Source: Oikopleura dioica
Taxonomy: Eukaryota > Animalia > Chordata
Assembly: GCA_907165135.1 (NCBI GenBank)
Contig: OU015568.1
Coordinates: forward strand, 16,069,208 to 16,133,207
DNA length: 64,000 nt
Direction: 5' to 3'
How positions within the stretch are numbered: position 1 is the stretch's first letter; every line of letters begins with the position of its first letter. The notes under the pieces were generated by a model. The model was not told the origin of the DNA, searched no databases, and worked only from the letters and a program-made list of their open reading frames with translations. The position numbers were made by a program, and so were the translations under genes. Positions 1-12,741 of the stretch are shown here, piece by piece.

Positions 1-1202
1 TTTCAGATTCTCTCGTCCTGAAAAATCTTGTTTAAACTCAGCGACCAGGAGCGAAAGTGAAAAAAAAAGAGTAAAAACGCGTTTCATCAAGACTAGAGCT
101 CTCTTTGATGTGGCGCTCTAGGGCGGCGCTAGTAATTGTAATACAATTCATACTGATGCTCAAAAATCTGGTCAAGTTCTGGTCGATACTGATAATGGCT
201 CCTCCAGGTTGTATAAAAACCACACGGATTCGAAATAACTTTTTAAGGAGAGCGTACTTCTCTGTTTTACCGGATTACCTTCAAATGTCAGAACGAGCTT
301 CGCAGTCCCTCGTTCCTAAAAATCACTGTTGACATGTCCTTGAGCTCAAGCTCTGAGCATTCGCGCAGGTGGATGTGGCTGACATCTGAGTAGTTTATGG
401 CGATCAGCTGGCGAAGGCGATGTCAATTTTGAGCAAGAGTCAATATGCATCTCTTGTTCCGGCTGTATACCGTTCCGTGGCGCCGGATGCATGACAAGTT
501 TACTGCTTTATTTCTCAATCTCTCTTAACTAACCAACTCTCCAAGAACTATATGGCCAGTTTTGATGAATCATCAAGTACGAGTTTCTCGATCTCGAAGA
601 TCAAAGAAAGTGATTGTTGAGTGGACGGCTAATGATTTAAACGATTGCAATTAAAATCTTGAATTTCAATTTTTATCCACTCATCGAGTTATTAGACAAC
701 CAGAGTCCATTTCCTACGACTTTGACGTCAACAAGTTTTCGCCTCTAATAAGACACTGATTTCCCCCTGGAGCCGGAAATAGCAGAATTCAGATCAGAAA
801 TAGAATTTGAAATATGGATCCCAGACACTAATGATTCGTTAATTTTCCTCTGCGATCAAGTAAATATTATGGCACTGAGCGCGCTTAATTCATATTTTTG
901 CACCTGCTTCGGTGGTAATAATTGCTTCAGCGGTTAATGCCAAGCTGAGAAGCATAAAACTATCCTAATTACTCTTCCTTTGCCGACCCTGAGCCCGGTT
1001 TCCTGACAAAATGAGTCCAGTTCTACAAACTAAATTTATTGATTTTGAACAGATATCGGTATTTTGCTTTTGAACTACAGGAAGATGAAGAAATGTACAG
1101 ACGATCGCTCTACTGGCAGATTGTTGGCCAAAGCGCGGCCCGCGGTGGTGGCGTGCGTGATCAAATGCGCTGATCACGACTTTTTCATCATAAAAAGGCT
1201 GA

Positions 1203-4200
1203 TTATTGCTGGCCAAGGTTGCTGAAGAGGTCAGAACGGGCCGAGCTTTCGCGAGTTTTGAGCTGAAATACGAGTTATTTACCCCTTTCTCTGAGAAGGT
1301 TATTTACCTTATCAAAGGACTCAATTTTGTTGACAATTGAGTCGATTCTTGAAGCAATTTTAGAAACATGATGCTCGAGTCGATCGACACGACGGGAGAG
1401 AATCGTGAATTCATCGTTGGAGACAAACATCTAACGATTTTTAATAATATGCTTTCAGTTGTCAATTACCTTGTTAAGTTTTTCAAGCATCAGCTCGTTG
1501 GCAAGTGGATTCGAATCGGATGCGAATCCATGATTTTCTGGCTGGTGCATGTCGAAGCCAAGAGCTTCTCCAACTTCTTGTCGATCCTTGTTTCCGGGTT
1601 CAAAGGAGCGTTCAAAGAGCGAGAGTAATCTCAAGTGATCCACTTTTTGAACCGCGATCCTTAACATCATCGATCTCGTCGTTGATCTCCGCTGTCTGCT
1701 TGAGTAGGTCAGCGCGGAGCCTGTTTCGTTCCTCTTTGTTAAGAACCATGTCCCCATCTTTGTCATATTTGGCAAAGACTGCTTCAATCTCAGCGTCGGG
1801 CACGCCCCGAAGTTTAAGGTCAGAGCGCCACTCATCCCAGTCGACTTGATCATCATTGTTCGTGTCAGCTGAGTCCAGGGCATCTTGAATGTCCTTTTTT
1901 GAATGTTAAAAAAATGATGGATCAGTTTTATTAATTCATTTTTAAAACACGGGCCTTGAGTCGGTCTTTGCGAAGTTTGAGTTTTGTGAGCATGCCATTG
2001 TAGCCCTTTTTGATGAAAGCTCCAAGGTCGAATTCAGATTTTCGCGTGGCCAAGTCTTCCTTGACTTCGGAGTATGTATCGTTGATGATGGCCAAGAACA
2101 TGTTGAGCAAGACGAAGAAAACGAAGAACACATAGCTTGTTTTTTATGTCAATCAAATAAACTTGGCCTTGCTTACGTAATGAAAAAGACGGGTCCGAGA
2201 ATATTGTGGGCATTCTCCAACTGGTGAAAGTTGAAATCACCGAGGATGATTCTGAAGAGCGTGTAGACACACTTGTCGAACTTGCTAAAATCTTCGACTT
2301 GGCTTCCAAAAATCAAGAATCCCAGTTGAGTGTAAGCAAGGAAAACGATCAGAAACATGATCATAAATCCCCCAACATCCTTCGCCGAACGAGAAAGAGT
2401 TTCGGAAAGCTAGAAATTGATGAATGAGACGCAATTATGCTCAAAAATATGCGGTGCTTACTTGATTCATAGTTGTGTTAAAGCTGATGTATTTGAAAAG
2501 TTTAATCCAGGCGAGGAAAACCACAATCGCCATGACGTACATGTACTAGAAAAGGTCAATGAGCGCGAATTTTTGAAAAGAATTTAAATTTTAAAAACTT
2601 ACGACTCCTTCCCAATACGCCAAAGATTGGAAGTCAGCATATGAGTCTTCTTGTTTCATGAGAGCATCGAGTTTGTTTTCGATCTCAGTATGTCGGTACA
2701 AACTGAAGATAAAAAATGAATCTTAAGGGGGTAGAAACAGCTTTTTCCGAAAAGGGCGATTTTTGACCGGCGCTACAGACAAGAGAATCTTAAATTTTCA
2801 AATTTTCTCTTCAGGTTTAGATAGATACATCTTAGATCTAAGAACATCTCTCTCGAAATTTGTTTTAGTCGTCAAATTTTTGAGCAAACGGGCTCAGAAG
2901 CAGCTCATCTCTCCGAAATTCTCGATTTTCGCAAATTTTTAAACACGTATATCTCGAGTCCCCTGATAGTTAAACAAATTTCATTCACATTTTTGTGAAG
3001 CTCAACCCTTTTCTAGGAACATTTATGAGGAAATTTCGTGAACATAAATAAATCTTATGTTTTCTTTTATCTAGCTGCAGTCCAAGATCGACAAAGCTGT
3101 TTCTACCCCCTTAACAATACGAGTCAAGCTCTTACTAGAATGAGAAAGCGCAGAGAGACAGGAATATGACGATGACGTCGACGATATTCCAGAATCCTTT
3201 GAAATAAGCGCCCTTGTGGATCTTGATTTCCAAAAATTCCTCGACGCAGTAGTATACGATGAAAGCAATGTAGATGATCTCCGTGGCGAGAATAAAGTAG
3301 TCATATCCTTCTTTGAGTTTGAGGAGCTTGACGGTGCTGAATTTCTGCGAAGTGATGACGCCACCAGTTGCAGGGAACTCAGCGACGAGCTTTACGACGC
3401 AAAATAGGTTGATGTTCGGGTTGTAAACGGTGAAGTCAATGAAGAGTGCGCGTGTTCCTCGGTCGATCCACAGATCTTTCTTCAGATCATGGAGAATCTC
3501 GGTTGTTTTCGTTTTATTTCTTATCATAGAAACGATGAATCTCTGGAGAAACCTTACCGTCCAAGGTCTTTTGTATATCCAGAAGCGGGATAGGTAAACC
3601 CGAGCTTGTCAGATTTGTAAGTTCGTCCTCCAAGCTCATCTTCGGATCGCCAGGCCCATGGACAATCAGAATTGTACTTCCCCGCAGCTTTCAAGAAGCA
3701 TGCAAAAATTGACGCATTTAGCAATTAGTAGAAACTACGCACTATGCTTTCCCATGAATACTACTGGTAGGAGTAGTCGGCTAATACTTAATTGAATACA
3801 ACACGAGTAGTTCACACGATATCAACGATAAATTCACAGTTGGCATGAGAATGCGCGGGAAATTAAAAATATGTGATCAACGGTAAATCTGCGTAAGCGT
3901 GCCATTCCTTGACAGTCTTGATCGAAAGCCCCAAACGGCTCCTTGTCCTCCGAGTTCTTGCCGTAATTCGAGTGGCAGGCCAAAATGTCATCTTTGAAAT
4001 CTTGGTGAACAGTGCAAGAATCGTTTCGGACCTAACAGTTTTTATTACCGCAAAAATCATAAAAATAAGCACCTTTATCTGTCGAATTCGAGGAGCTCCG
4101 AGAAGCTTGTTCTCGAAAAAGATGTATCCAGTATCTTCTTCAGGAATGGCTTCTCCATTGTACCAGTGCTCCCAGTAGAGACCGTCGACGAGCGAGTTTT

Positions 4201-4746
4201 CAGCGTAATCCCAGAACTGATCCATTTGATTCATGCCTTCCCATGTCTGGGGACCGCTCGAGACGAACAGTCTTGAATTTTTAGTAACGTTGATTGTTGA
4301 TAGAAATCTTACTTTTGGAGAACATTTGTGAAGAAAAAGTGTGTTGTCGAGGTGTTTCCGAGTGTCATGATGATGATGTTCACGAGAAAGATGACATAGA
4401 GGATCAACTCGCGAATCGTCGTCTTTGCATACTTATCGGGATTATCTGACAAGTCCTTTTCGGTGAGCCGTGTGGCCCAAAGACTTCGAAAGCCATTTCC
4501 AATTTTACCGAGGATAGATCTATCCTTTTCAAATTTTTCCTAGACAAAAAATTGGGTAATGTTAAAAGAAAAAATACTAACGATTCTCTGAGCATCTTTT
4601 TGTTTTTCTTTGATGATCGAGTCCGTCGAGTCTTCGCGTTTTACAGCGTCAAAGTCGTCGTATGCGCCATTTTCGACGCCAATGTGGCTTGGTTCACCAT
4701 CGTCCGTGGCTTGGCTTGATCCCCCGGCGGATTGAGCACGACCCAT
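1203..4746 (-). CDS. PKD2: Polycystin-2 (PKD2/TRPP) family cation channel, multi-exon
   Basis: Spliced exons give TRPP motifs: [68 protein letters not shown]-hand region (FAKYDKDGD) and C-terminal coiled coil [35 protein letters not shown]; stop TAA at 1203-1205. PKD2 vs PKD2L1 orthology cannot be settled by eye. Confidence 0.93.
2727..3110. mobile_element. TTAA-flanked MITE (Kolobok-like) in a PKD2 intron
   Basis: 18-bp TIR gggggtagaaacagcttt / aaagctgtttctaccccc; TTAA at 2723-2726 and 3111-3114; no coding capacity. Confidence 0.85.
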
Positions 4747-5257
4747 GCAACGAGCACTTCTTTCCCCTTTAACCTGTTTTTTTACTCTAGGACGGAGGTC
4801 AAAATTTCAAACCTTTCTGCTTTACTCGATCTTGTTGAGGAAGTCTTGTGCGCCTGAAAATATATATTCACTCTCCGGAAAACGTTTGGATGCAGCCTTG
4901 AAATAGCCTTCATAAATGGAGGCATTTACATTACAAAGCGAAATTATGAAAAATTCATCGAACTCACGCTGCATGTCGACAATGGACATGGCGTCATTGG
5001 AAATTTTCAATTCAGGTGTTGAATATTCTGTTTCGGGTAATTTTGGTCGTTGCAGATACTGTCATTATTGCCGAAGAAGGCTTTTCCCTTGCTACGACCT
5101 CGTTACCTTTCTTGAATATATTGACATGAAATCTTCTCCAACTGGAGAAAAGCCACATTTCAATATTTACAGATAAAGATTAAATTTCCCTTTTTTCTTC
5201 GCCTTTTCACAGCCAGCTTCAGAATTTCAGTTGAGAAAAGAGTTTAATTCGAAAAAC

Positions 5258-5689
5258 ATGTCTTGGCATAAAATTTTTTGTTGCTGGGTGTCATGCGAAG
5301 ACCCAACAGAAGCAAAGCAGCCAAACAGAGGACAGAATAACAAGTCCTTCAAAACGACAGTCGTTGCTGAAGTAATGGACGAAGCATTCGATCATCAGCA
5401 TGACGTTAAAAAGTATATTGGTCAAGTCGAAGGATATGCATTCAAGACTGCAGCAGATATCATTCAATCCCAGCATCAACTCATTGAGAATCTAAAGCGA
5501 GAGCGCGAAAATACTGCCTCCCCTTCTGCTCCAACTATGTCGACCCTCAATCGAACATTTGAGGCGGATTTTGAGGAAGTCAACCCGTCAAGACAGGAAT
5601 TCATCGCCTCTGAAACTCGTTGCGAGCTGATAGACCTCCTCAGCTGCAAGAAATTACTCAGATTAGTCGGTCCTACTCATATTTTTTAA
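5258..5689 (+). CDS. Small orphan protein, tandem paralog A (N-terminal FCC, central helical segment, PSAP motif)
   Basis: ORF from ATG 5258 (MSWHKIFCC...); clear similarity to 5867-6274 (YAFxTAADIIQSQHQL...SPSAPxMST). C-terminus uncertain because the two copies differ in frame there. Confidence 0.7.
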   Translation: MSWHKIFCCWVSCEDPTEAKQPNRGQNNKSFKTTVVAEVMDEAFDHQHDVKKYIGQVEGYAFKTAADIIQSQHQLIENLKRERENTASPSAPTMSTLNRTFEADFEEVNPSRQEFIASETRCELIDLLSCKKLLRLVGPTHIF

Positions 5690-5866
5690 CGAAACTTCTC
5701 CACTAATTTCTTATTGCTTACAATAAATTTGATTACAAATGAAAACCTCACTCTGCTTTCCCTCTTCCAACATGGTCATGGATTTTAAGGGCAAATATTT
5801 GTGGATAACAGACTGCTTTCCTTTTTTTACTTGCGTGAAATTTAAACAAGGGCCTCATAAACCAAA

Positions 5867-6274
5867 ATGATTGACCTTTTTTGTTGCTATTTTTCATTCG
5901 GAGATCCTTCAAAAACAGATTCTTCTCAAAAGTACAGAGGAACTGATAACCATGCCTTGAATACTCAGGTTGTTGCGAATGTTGTGGACGAGCAATTGAA
6001 GCATGCTGATAATTTGAAAACGTATATCGCTCAAATTGAAGAATATGCTTTCGTGACTGCTGCAGATATTATTCAATCACAGCATCAACTGAATAGCGAT
6101 CTAAAACGACAGCTCGAGAGATCAGGTTCGTCTCCTTCTGCTCCATCAATGTCGACCTTTGACAGGGTCAACCATTCAAGAGAAGAGTTCATCACTTCCG
6201 GAAACGCGCTGATGAGTTCTGGCAGACCTCCACAGTTGCAACAACTCACTCAGATTAGTTTGTCGTATTCCTAA
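5867..6274 (+). CDS. Small orphan protein, tandem paralog B
   Basis: 135-aa ORF MIDLFCC... sharing TAADIIQSQHQL and SPSAP with paralog A. Confidence 0.7.
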   Translation: MIDLFCCYFSFGDPSKTDSSQKYRGTDNHALNTQVVANVVDEQLKHADNLKTYIAQIEEYAFVTAADIIQSQHQLNSDLKRQLERSGSSPSAPSMSTFDRVNHSREEFITSGNALMSSGRPPQLQQLTQISLSYS

Positions 6275-6399
6275 AACTGCAGATTTCTTCTTATTTATTT
6301 CTGATTACAGTTCCTTAATTTACTGCTGATTGCCATCAATAAATTAAATTGCCGATGAATGTAGGGGTTGGATACTGAGAAAATGAATTTTTAATTATT

Positions 6400-7650
6400 T
6401 TGGTCCCCTGGGCCACTGCTGCCCCTGGACTTATCTCATCAAAAAAGCAAGTATGTGAAGGATGAGAGATTTCTGGATTTTACTAGTCTTGCATTTTTAC
6501 TTTGCGAATTGTGATGATAATTGCTATGTTTTGATTTCCGGTGGCAAAATTGACAGGTAATGGCGAAATAATGAAAATAGATACAAACAAAAACATCTAG
6601 TGAGTTTACAGATGAATCGTTTAAAGTCCTGCTACAGAATAATTCTCATCATGGAAACATAGATATCCGCATAGAAAGAGAGCCATATGAGTCGCTTCCT
6701 TCCAGAAGAGCTGGGCATAAGCTCACTCTTTGGCACAATATTCCAATGCTCACTGGTGGGGAAATTTATTCGGCCCAGCGTGAGTTGAACAGTTCGGAAT
6801 GTTACCTGAAAGACTTTCAAAATATAATCCTCGAGAAAGAAGCTCAAGACCCAGCAGCAGGCGAAGAAGTAAGCGTTTGGCAACTGTTACCAGAAATGAA
6901 AGAGGGCCCTCGACAGTATCATACTATGGTCGTCTTTAGAAACAGTCCGTATTCTGGAACAGCTTGGGTCTGTGGCGGAGAGCTTTGGAAGAAAGCAAAG
7001 GCTTCGGGAAAGATGATGTTGGACGTCGTTTCTAGCTGCGAATGCTTCAACAGATATTACATGAAATGGATGCCGTGCCCGACAATGCTCTTTGAAAGAA
7101 AATTCGCAACGAGCGCGGCGACCTACTTTGGTATTTATATGATCGGCGGCGAAGACAAAAAGGGCAGAATCTTGAGCGCTGTTGAATACGTCGAGCCGCT
7201 GGGAGGAGGGAAATGGACGCGCAAAACCAGCCTGCCTGTGCAAGTAAAGGGGCAGCTGCTGTCTGTATTCATGATGAGCTGTTTGTATTCGGCGGCTTTG
7301 ACGGGGAAAAATCAATTGCAAGTGTCTTCTATTTGAACCGGACTAATTGGGTGGACTTTGGTAATTTGCTCTCGCGACGTTCGGGACATACAGTGACAGC
7401 GATGCAATCAACTGTGCTGATCTACGGCGGGGAGGATGATGGACAAATCAAATCTGCTGAAGTGTTCAATATAGATTCGAAGACCACAGGAATGGATAAA
7501 TATTTCTTGATTCTGCAAAAATCAACAATTCAAAATGGTATCCCGGAAAAGAATACATAAAACTTCCCGGATACAAAAGTCTTCGCTACCACGCTGCGGC
7601 GGGTCTAGGCAAAAGTCAATATAAAATAGGCTTTCTATTATTTTTATGAT
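6400..7650 (+). CDS. Kelch-repeat protein (5' and 3' exons approximate; one apparent frameshift)
   Basis: Repeated kelch blades: LPSRRAGH..MLTGG, IYMIGGEDKKGRILSAVEYVEP..W, LFVFGGFDG, RRSGHTVT..LIYGG; reading frame shifts at a G4 run near 7247-7250. Confidence 0.8.
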
Positions 7651-7722
7651 AATAGAATCCTTTTGAAATTGATTTTGAGGGAGGTGCGAAGTGGAGGGCT
7701 ACTTTAATTCGTGCTGCATAAT

Positions 7723-10700
7723 TAGGGCTTCCGTATAAAAAAATTGTTTCTGATTCCGTTCATTGTTTCCTTAAATAATTATGGGAGGGATAAATCAATA
7801 TAAGAAAAGGTTTTTAGGGGCAAAAGAAATAAAAAAAAATAATGTTTGATATCAAAATTATATAAATAAAAATGGTGATTTTTCATTTGTGCGTTGTCAC
7901 TTGTCGATTTTTTTTATTTTTTGATATGTTATAGAGAAACATCAAAAACATAATATTTCATAAAAAAAATTTTGACTGGCCATTTATATCATCAGAAATA
8001 GTAACTTTTAGTAGAAAAATAACAAAGTTATTGTTAAAAAGTCCTCCGGAGGACTTTTGCTGGAAGAAACTATTTAGAAGAAGACATAGAATTAAATTTT
8101 TCAAAAATATATAATATTTCAATATTTAACGCAAAACCATAATTTGCAAATAAACAAGGACAAATTGAATTTTAATAATCATGGGTGTGGGTGGGGTTGG
8201 GGACATAACTGAGATTGATCAACTCAGAGTTCCAGGCCTTTGTCAAGCCCCTTAAATTTAAAAATCATGGAACGGGGCTGAAACGGCCCGAAGGGCCGTC
8301 AAGCCCCTTAAATTTAAAAATCATGGAACGGGGCTGAAACGGCCCGAAGGGCCGTCAAGCCCCTTAAATTTAAAAATCATGGAACGGGGCTGAAACGGCC
8401 CGAAGGGCCGTCAAGCCCCTTAAATTTAAAAATCATGGAACGGGGCTGAAACGGCCCGAAGGGCCGTCAAGCCCCTTAAATTTAAAAATCATGGAACGGG
8501 GCTGAAACGGCCCGAAGGGCCGTCAAGCCCCTTAAATTTAAAATCATGGAACGGGGCTGAAACGGCCCGAAGGGCCGTCAAGCCCCTTAAATTTAAAAAT
8601 CATGGAACGGGGCTGAAACGGCCCGAAGGGCCGTCAAGCCCCTTAAATTTAAAAATCATGGAACGGGGCTGAAACGGCCCGAAGGGCCGTCAAGCCCCTT
8701 AAATTTAAAAATCATGGAACGGGGCTGAAACGGCCCGAAGGGCCGTCAAGCCCCTTAAATTTAAAAATCATGGAACGGGGCTGAAACGGCCCGAAGGGCC
8801 GTCAAGCCCCTTAAATTTAAAAATCATGGAACGGGGCTGAAACGGCCCGAAGGGCCGTCAAGCCCCTTAAATTTAAAAATCATGGAACGGGGCTGAAACG
8901 GCCCGAAGGGCCGTCAAGCCCCTTAAATTTAAAATCATGGAACGGGGCTGAAACGGCCCGAAGGGCCGTCAAGCCCCTTAAATTTAAAAATCATGGAACG
9001 GGGCTGAAACGGCCCGAAGGGCCGTCAAGCCCCTTAAATTTAAAAATCATGGAACGGGGCTGAAACGGCCCGAAGGGCCGTCAAGCCCTTAAATTTAAAA
9101 ATCATGGAACGGGGCTGAAACGGCCCGAAGGGCCGTCAAGCCCTTAAATTTAAAAATCATGGAACGGGGCTGAAACGGCCCGAAGGGCCGTCAAGCCCCT
9201 TAAATTTAAAAATCATGGAACGGGGCTGAAACGGCCCGAAGGGCCGTCAAGCCCCTTAAATTTAAAAATCATGGAACGGGGCTGAAACGGCCCGAAGGGC
9301 CGTCAAGCCCCTTAAATTTAAAAATCATGGAACGGGGCTGAAACGGCCCGAAGGGCCGTCAAGCCCCTTAAATTTAAAAATCATGGAACGGGGCTGAAAC
9401 GGCCCGAAGGGCCGTCAAGCCCTTAAATTTAAAAATCATGGAACGGGGCTGAAACGGCCCGAAGGGCCGTCAAGCCCCTTAAATTTAAAAATCATGGAAC
9501 GGGGCTGAAACGGCCCGAAGGGCCGTCAAGCCCTTAAATTTAAAAATCATGGAACGGGGCTGAAACGGCCCGAAGGGCCGTCAAGCCCCTTAAATTTAAA
9601 AATCATGGAACGGGGCTGAAACGGCCCGAAGGGCCGTCAAGCCCCTTAAATTTAAAAATCATGGAACGGGGCTGAAACGGCCCGAAGGGCCGTCAAGCCC
9701 CTTAAATTTAAAAATCATGGAACGGGGCTGAAACGGCCCGAAGGGCCGTCAAGCCCCTTAAATTTAAAAATCATGGAACGGGGCTGAAACGGCCCGAAGG
9801 GCCGTCAAGCCCCTTAAATTTAAAAATCATGGAACGGGGCTGAAACGGCCCGAAGGGCCGTCAAGCCCTTAAATTTAAAAATCATGGAACGGGGCTGAAA
9901 CGGCCCGAAGGGCCGTCAAGCCCCTTAAATTTAAAATCATGGAACGGGGCTGAAACGGCCCGAAGGGCCGTCAAGCCCTTAAATTTAAAAATCATGGAAC
10001 GGGGCTGAAACGGCCCGAAGGGCCGTCAAGCCCTTAAATTTAAAAATCATGGAACGGGGCTGAAACGGCCCGAAGGGCCGTCAAGCCCCTTAAATTTAAA
10101 AATCATGGAACGGGGCTGAAACGGCCCGAAGGGCCGTCAAGCCCCTTAAATTTAAAAATCATGGAACGGGGCTGAAACGGCCCGAAGGGCCGTCAAGCCC
10201 CTTAAATTTAAAAATCATGGAACGGGGCTGAAACGGCCCGAAGGGCCGTCAAGCCCCTTAAATTTAAAAATCATGGAACGGGGCTGAAACGGCCCGAAGG
10301 GCCGTCAAGCCCCTTAAATTTAAAAATCATGGAACGGGGCTGAAACGGCCCGAAGGGCCGTCAAGCCCTTAAATTTAAAATCATGGAACGGGGCTGAAAC
10401 GGCCCGAAGGGCCGTCAAGCCCCTTAAATTTAAAAATCATGGAACGGGGCTGAAACGGCCCGAAGGGCCGTCAAGCCCCTTAAATTTAAAAATCATGGAA
10501 CGGGGCTGAAACGGCCCGAAGGGCCGTCAAGCCCCTTAAATTTAAAATCATGGAACGGGGCTGAAACGGCCCGAAGGGCCGTCAAGCCCCTTAAATTTAA
10601 AAATCATGGAACGGGGCTGAAACGGCCCGAAGGGCCGTCAAGCCCCTTAAATTTAAAAATCATGGAACGGGGCTGAAACGGCCCGAAGGGCCGTCAAGCC

Positions 10701-11200
10701 CCTTAAATTTAAAAATCATGGAACGGGGCTGAAACCACCAAAAGTCCTCCGGAGATCTCCAAGAAGTCCTCCGGAGGTCACATGATAGCATTATGTTTTT
10801 ATAAATATACATTATTATTGATTTGTTAAATTATTTTTAATTTTTCCATGTCTTCTTCATAAATGCTTCTTCCAGCAAAAGTCCTCCGGAGGACTTTTTT
10901 AAAACAATAAAATCTTAATATCAAGATAAAATCTTATTTTAGATGTTTTATTGCATATGCAATAAATTTTTTTTAAGAAATCTAGGTTTTTGAGTATGCC
11001 CTTTCACATATCTAAAAATTAAAAAAATCGACAAGGGACGAGACGAGAAAATCAGTTTTGTCATTTTAACAATCACGTGCGTGGATAAAATTTTTTTTTT
11101 CACGATGAAAATTTTTTTCCACTGAAAAATACATTCCCTCCCCGAATTTCAAACAATTCGGTCAGCCCAGTTAAAATTTTGTTTTTATACGGAAGCCCTA
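7723..11200. mobile_element. Non-autonomous hAT-like DNA transposon carrying a 56-bp tandem array
   Basis: 19-bp TIR tagggcttccgtataaaaa / tttttatacggaagcccta; perfect 8-bp TSD tgcataat (7715-7722, 11201-11208); subterminal inverted motif aaaagtcctccggaggactttt near 8037 and 10877; no transposase ORF. Confidence 0.9.
8242..10734 (+). repeat. Tandem minisatellite, 56-bp unit, about 44 copies (variant 1)
   Basis: Unit gtcaagccccttaaatttaaaaatcatggaacggggctgaaacggcccgaagggcc repeated head-to-tail; variation seen only in C- and A-run lengths. Confidence 0.98.
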
Positions 11201-11255
11201 TGCATAATTAATGCTCTCTTTTGTGGCTTGCTGCTAATCATCCTCTTGACCTCTT

Positions 11256-12250
11256 CTATCTATATTGGGTTTTGGCGGAGTGATCTGTGGGTTCCACTAT
11301 TGCAAGAGGTTTGTCGACAAAAAATGACGATAATAAAAAAAAATAAGCACAACGCGGAATGCAGAAGACACGAGGAAGAAGAAAAAATGCTCGGCTGATT
11401 TTTACCAAACACTTGTAAATACAGATTTTGTATATTGTTTTTTTATTGCACCTGATTCTGAACAATCTTCAAGTTTTTAATTTTCGTCAGAATAGCATTC
11501 GTTGCTTCGCTATCTACCAGCCCGGTCGGAGTGAGGCCAATGTCCGTGCCGTCGAGGGCAAAACGCGAGGCAGACTTCGTAATTCTCTCAACAGAGCTGT
11601 GATGTTCATGGCGAGCGGAGTCGATAATGTCGGATGTGAGAGCAAGCCCTTGAGGAAGCAGATTCAGCAGCACTGGGATATCGTCGTCGAGACATTTTCG
11701 CAGTCGCATGTATGCGTCGCGCGCTTCTTGCAGATCCTGGTTCGACTGATGCAGTTTTATTTGCTTTTGGCGGTTGTTTCCTGCTTTGGCCGCCAGACGC
11801 TCGTGCTTGGCTTTCTTTTCCATGTACTGTTGCTCGTGGTATTCACTATAAAAAAAGTTCATTCATGAGAAGCGTTAGATTGATACCATCTAGCCATCGT
11901 ACTTTCGATTTTCTTGTACAAAGTGTCGATTCTTGAATTCGGCTGAATAACACACTCCCTTTCTTGCGATAAAGTTAAATACTCAGGTGAACTTGATCTG
12001 AATCCTTTTTATCCCATTTCCTTAGAGTTTTGTCATAAGCCCTCGTCGCAACAGTAATTGCGTCAAAAGCCTGCTTCATGTTCTGCATCTTGGACTCGTT
12101 TTTATTGAGAGCGCAAATGGCTACGATGTTTGACATCGTCTTGTCGAGAGCGCGACAGTTCTCGATTTCGCGTTCGCTGTTCGCAGTCATTTGGCGGTTT
12201 TGAGCTCTTAAATCCGGGCGCAAAACGGTTTTTCTTGTTTTCAATCGCAT
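11256..12250 (-). CDS. BAR-domain protein (amphiphysin/BIN-like), multi-exon; true 5' end uncertain
   Basis: Helical ORFs 11975-12250 and 11443-11862; KLHQSNQDLQEARDAYMRLRKCLDDDIPVL resembles the third helix of amphiphysin-type BAR domains. Confidence 0.55.
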
Positions 12251-12258
12251 TTATTTAA

Positions 12259-12741
12259 CCCTAAGCGTCTCGGTCAGAGCACCCCCTGTGCGGCTCGCGG
12301 GGGAATTTTTTTCACCCGCCCATCTAGAACAATGTTGTGCATTATTTTACGCTTCTTCGAAGCAAAATGCGCTGACTCTCGTGTTATCACAGTCTGGGAG
12401 ACAGAAAATCTTCAATTTTTGGTGTTTTTTAGTCGAGCTAGAGATTGTTATGTAATAATTTTCATGTTCTCGAGTCGAAAACACACCAACTTCACGCGCG
12501 TTCATTCGATTCTCTAGACAAATTTCATGTTCTCGAGACAAAAAATGGTCATTTTCTACTGTTTTTTACGATTTACTCGATGATGAAAAATACTAACATA
12601 TCATTTTTATGTTTTTAGCAGATAGGAAATCTGACGTAGATTCTTATTCTTTTTGAATTTTCTGATTCAGACAAAAATTGGCCGAGAAATTTGCAAAAAA
12701 GAGGCGCGGGGGAAAAAAGTTCCCCCGCGAGGCGCATACGG
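12259..12741. mobile_element. piggyBac-like MITE
   Basis: TTAA at 12255-12258 and 12742-12745; termini ccctaagcgtctcg / cgaggcgcatacgg are imperfect inverted repeats (3 mismatches); second internal IR pair (ctcgcgggg..ttttt). Confidence 0.6.

Noticed and set aside
350-960. Possible secreted gene on the minus strand (MLLSLALTAEAIITTEA...)
   Set aside because: Signal-peptide-like start and a donor are present, but I could not build an open spliced frame.
4822-5176. Short overlapping ORFs between PKD2 and the PSAP pair
   Set aside because: No motif or consistent exon structure.
7240-7255. Kelch frameshift as programmed frameshifting or pseudogenisation
   Set aside because: One extra G in the G-run restores LPVQVKGAAAVCIHD; a homopolymer sequencing error is the simplest explanation, though not proven.
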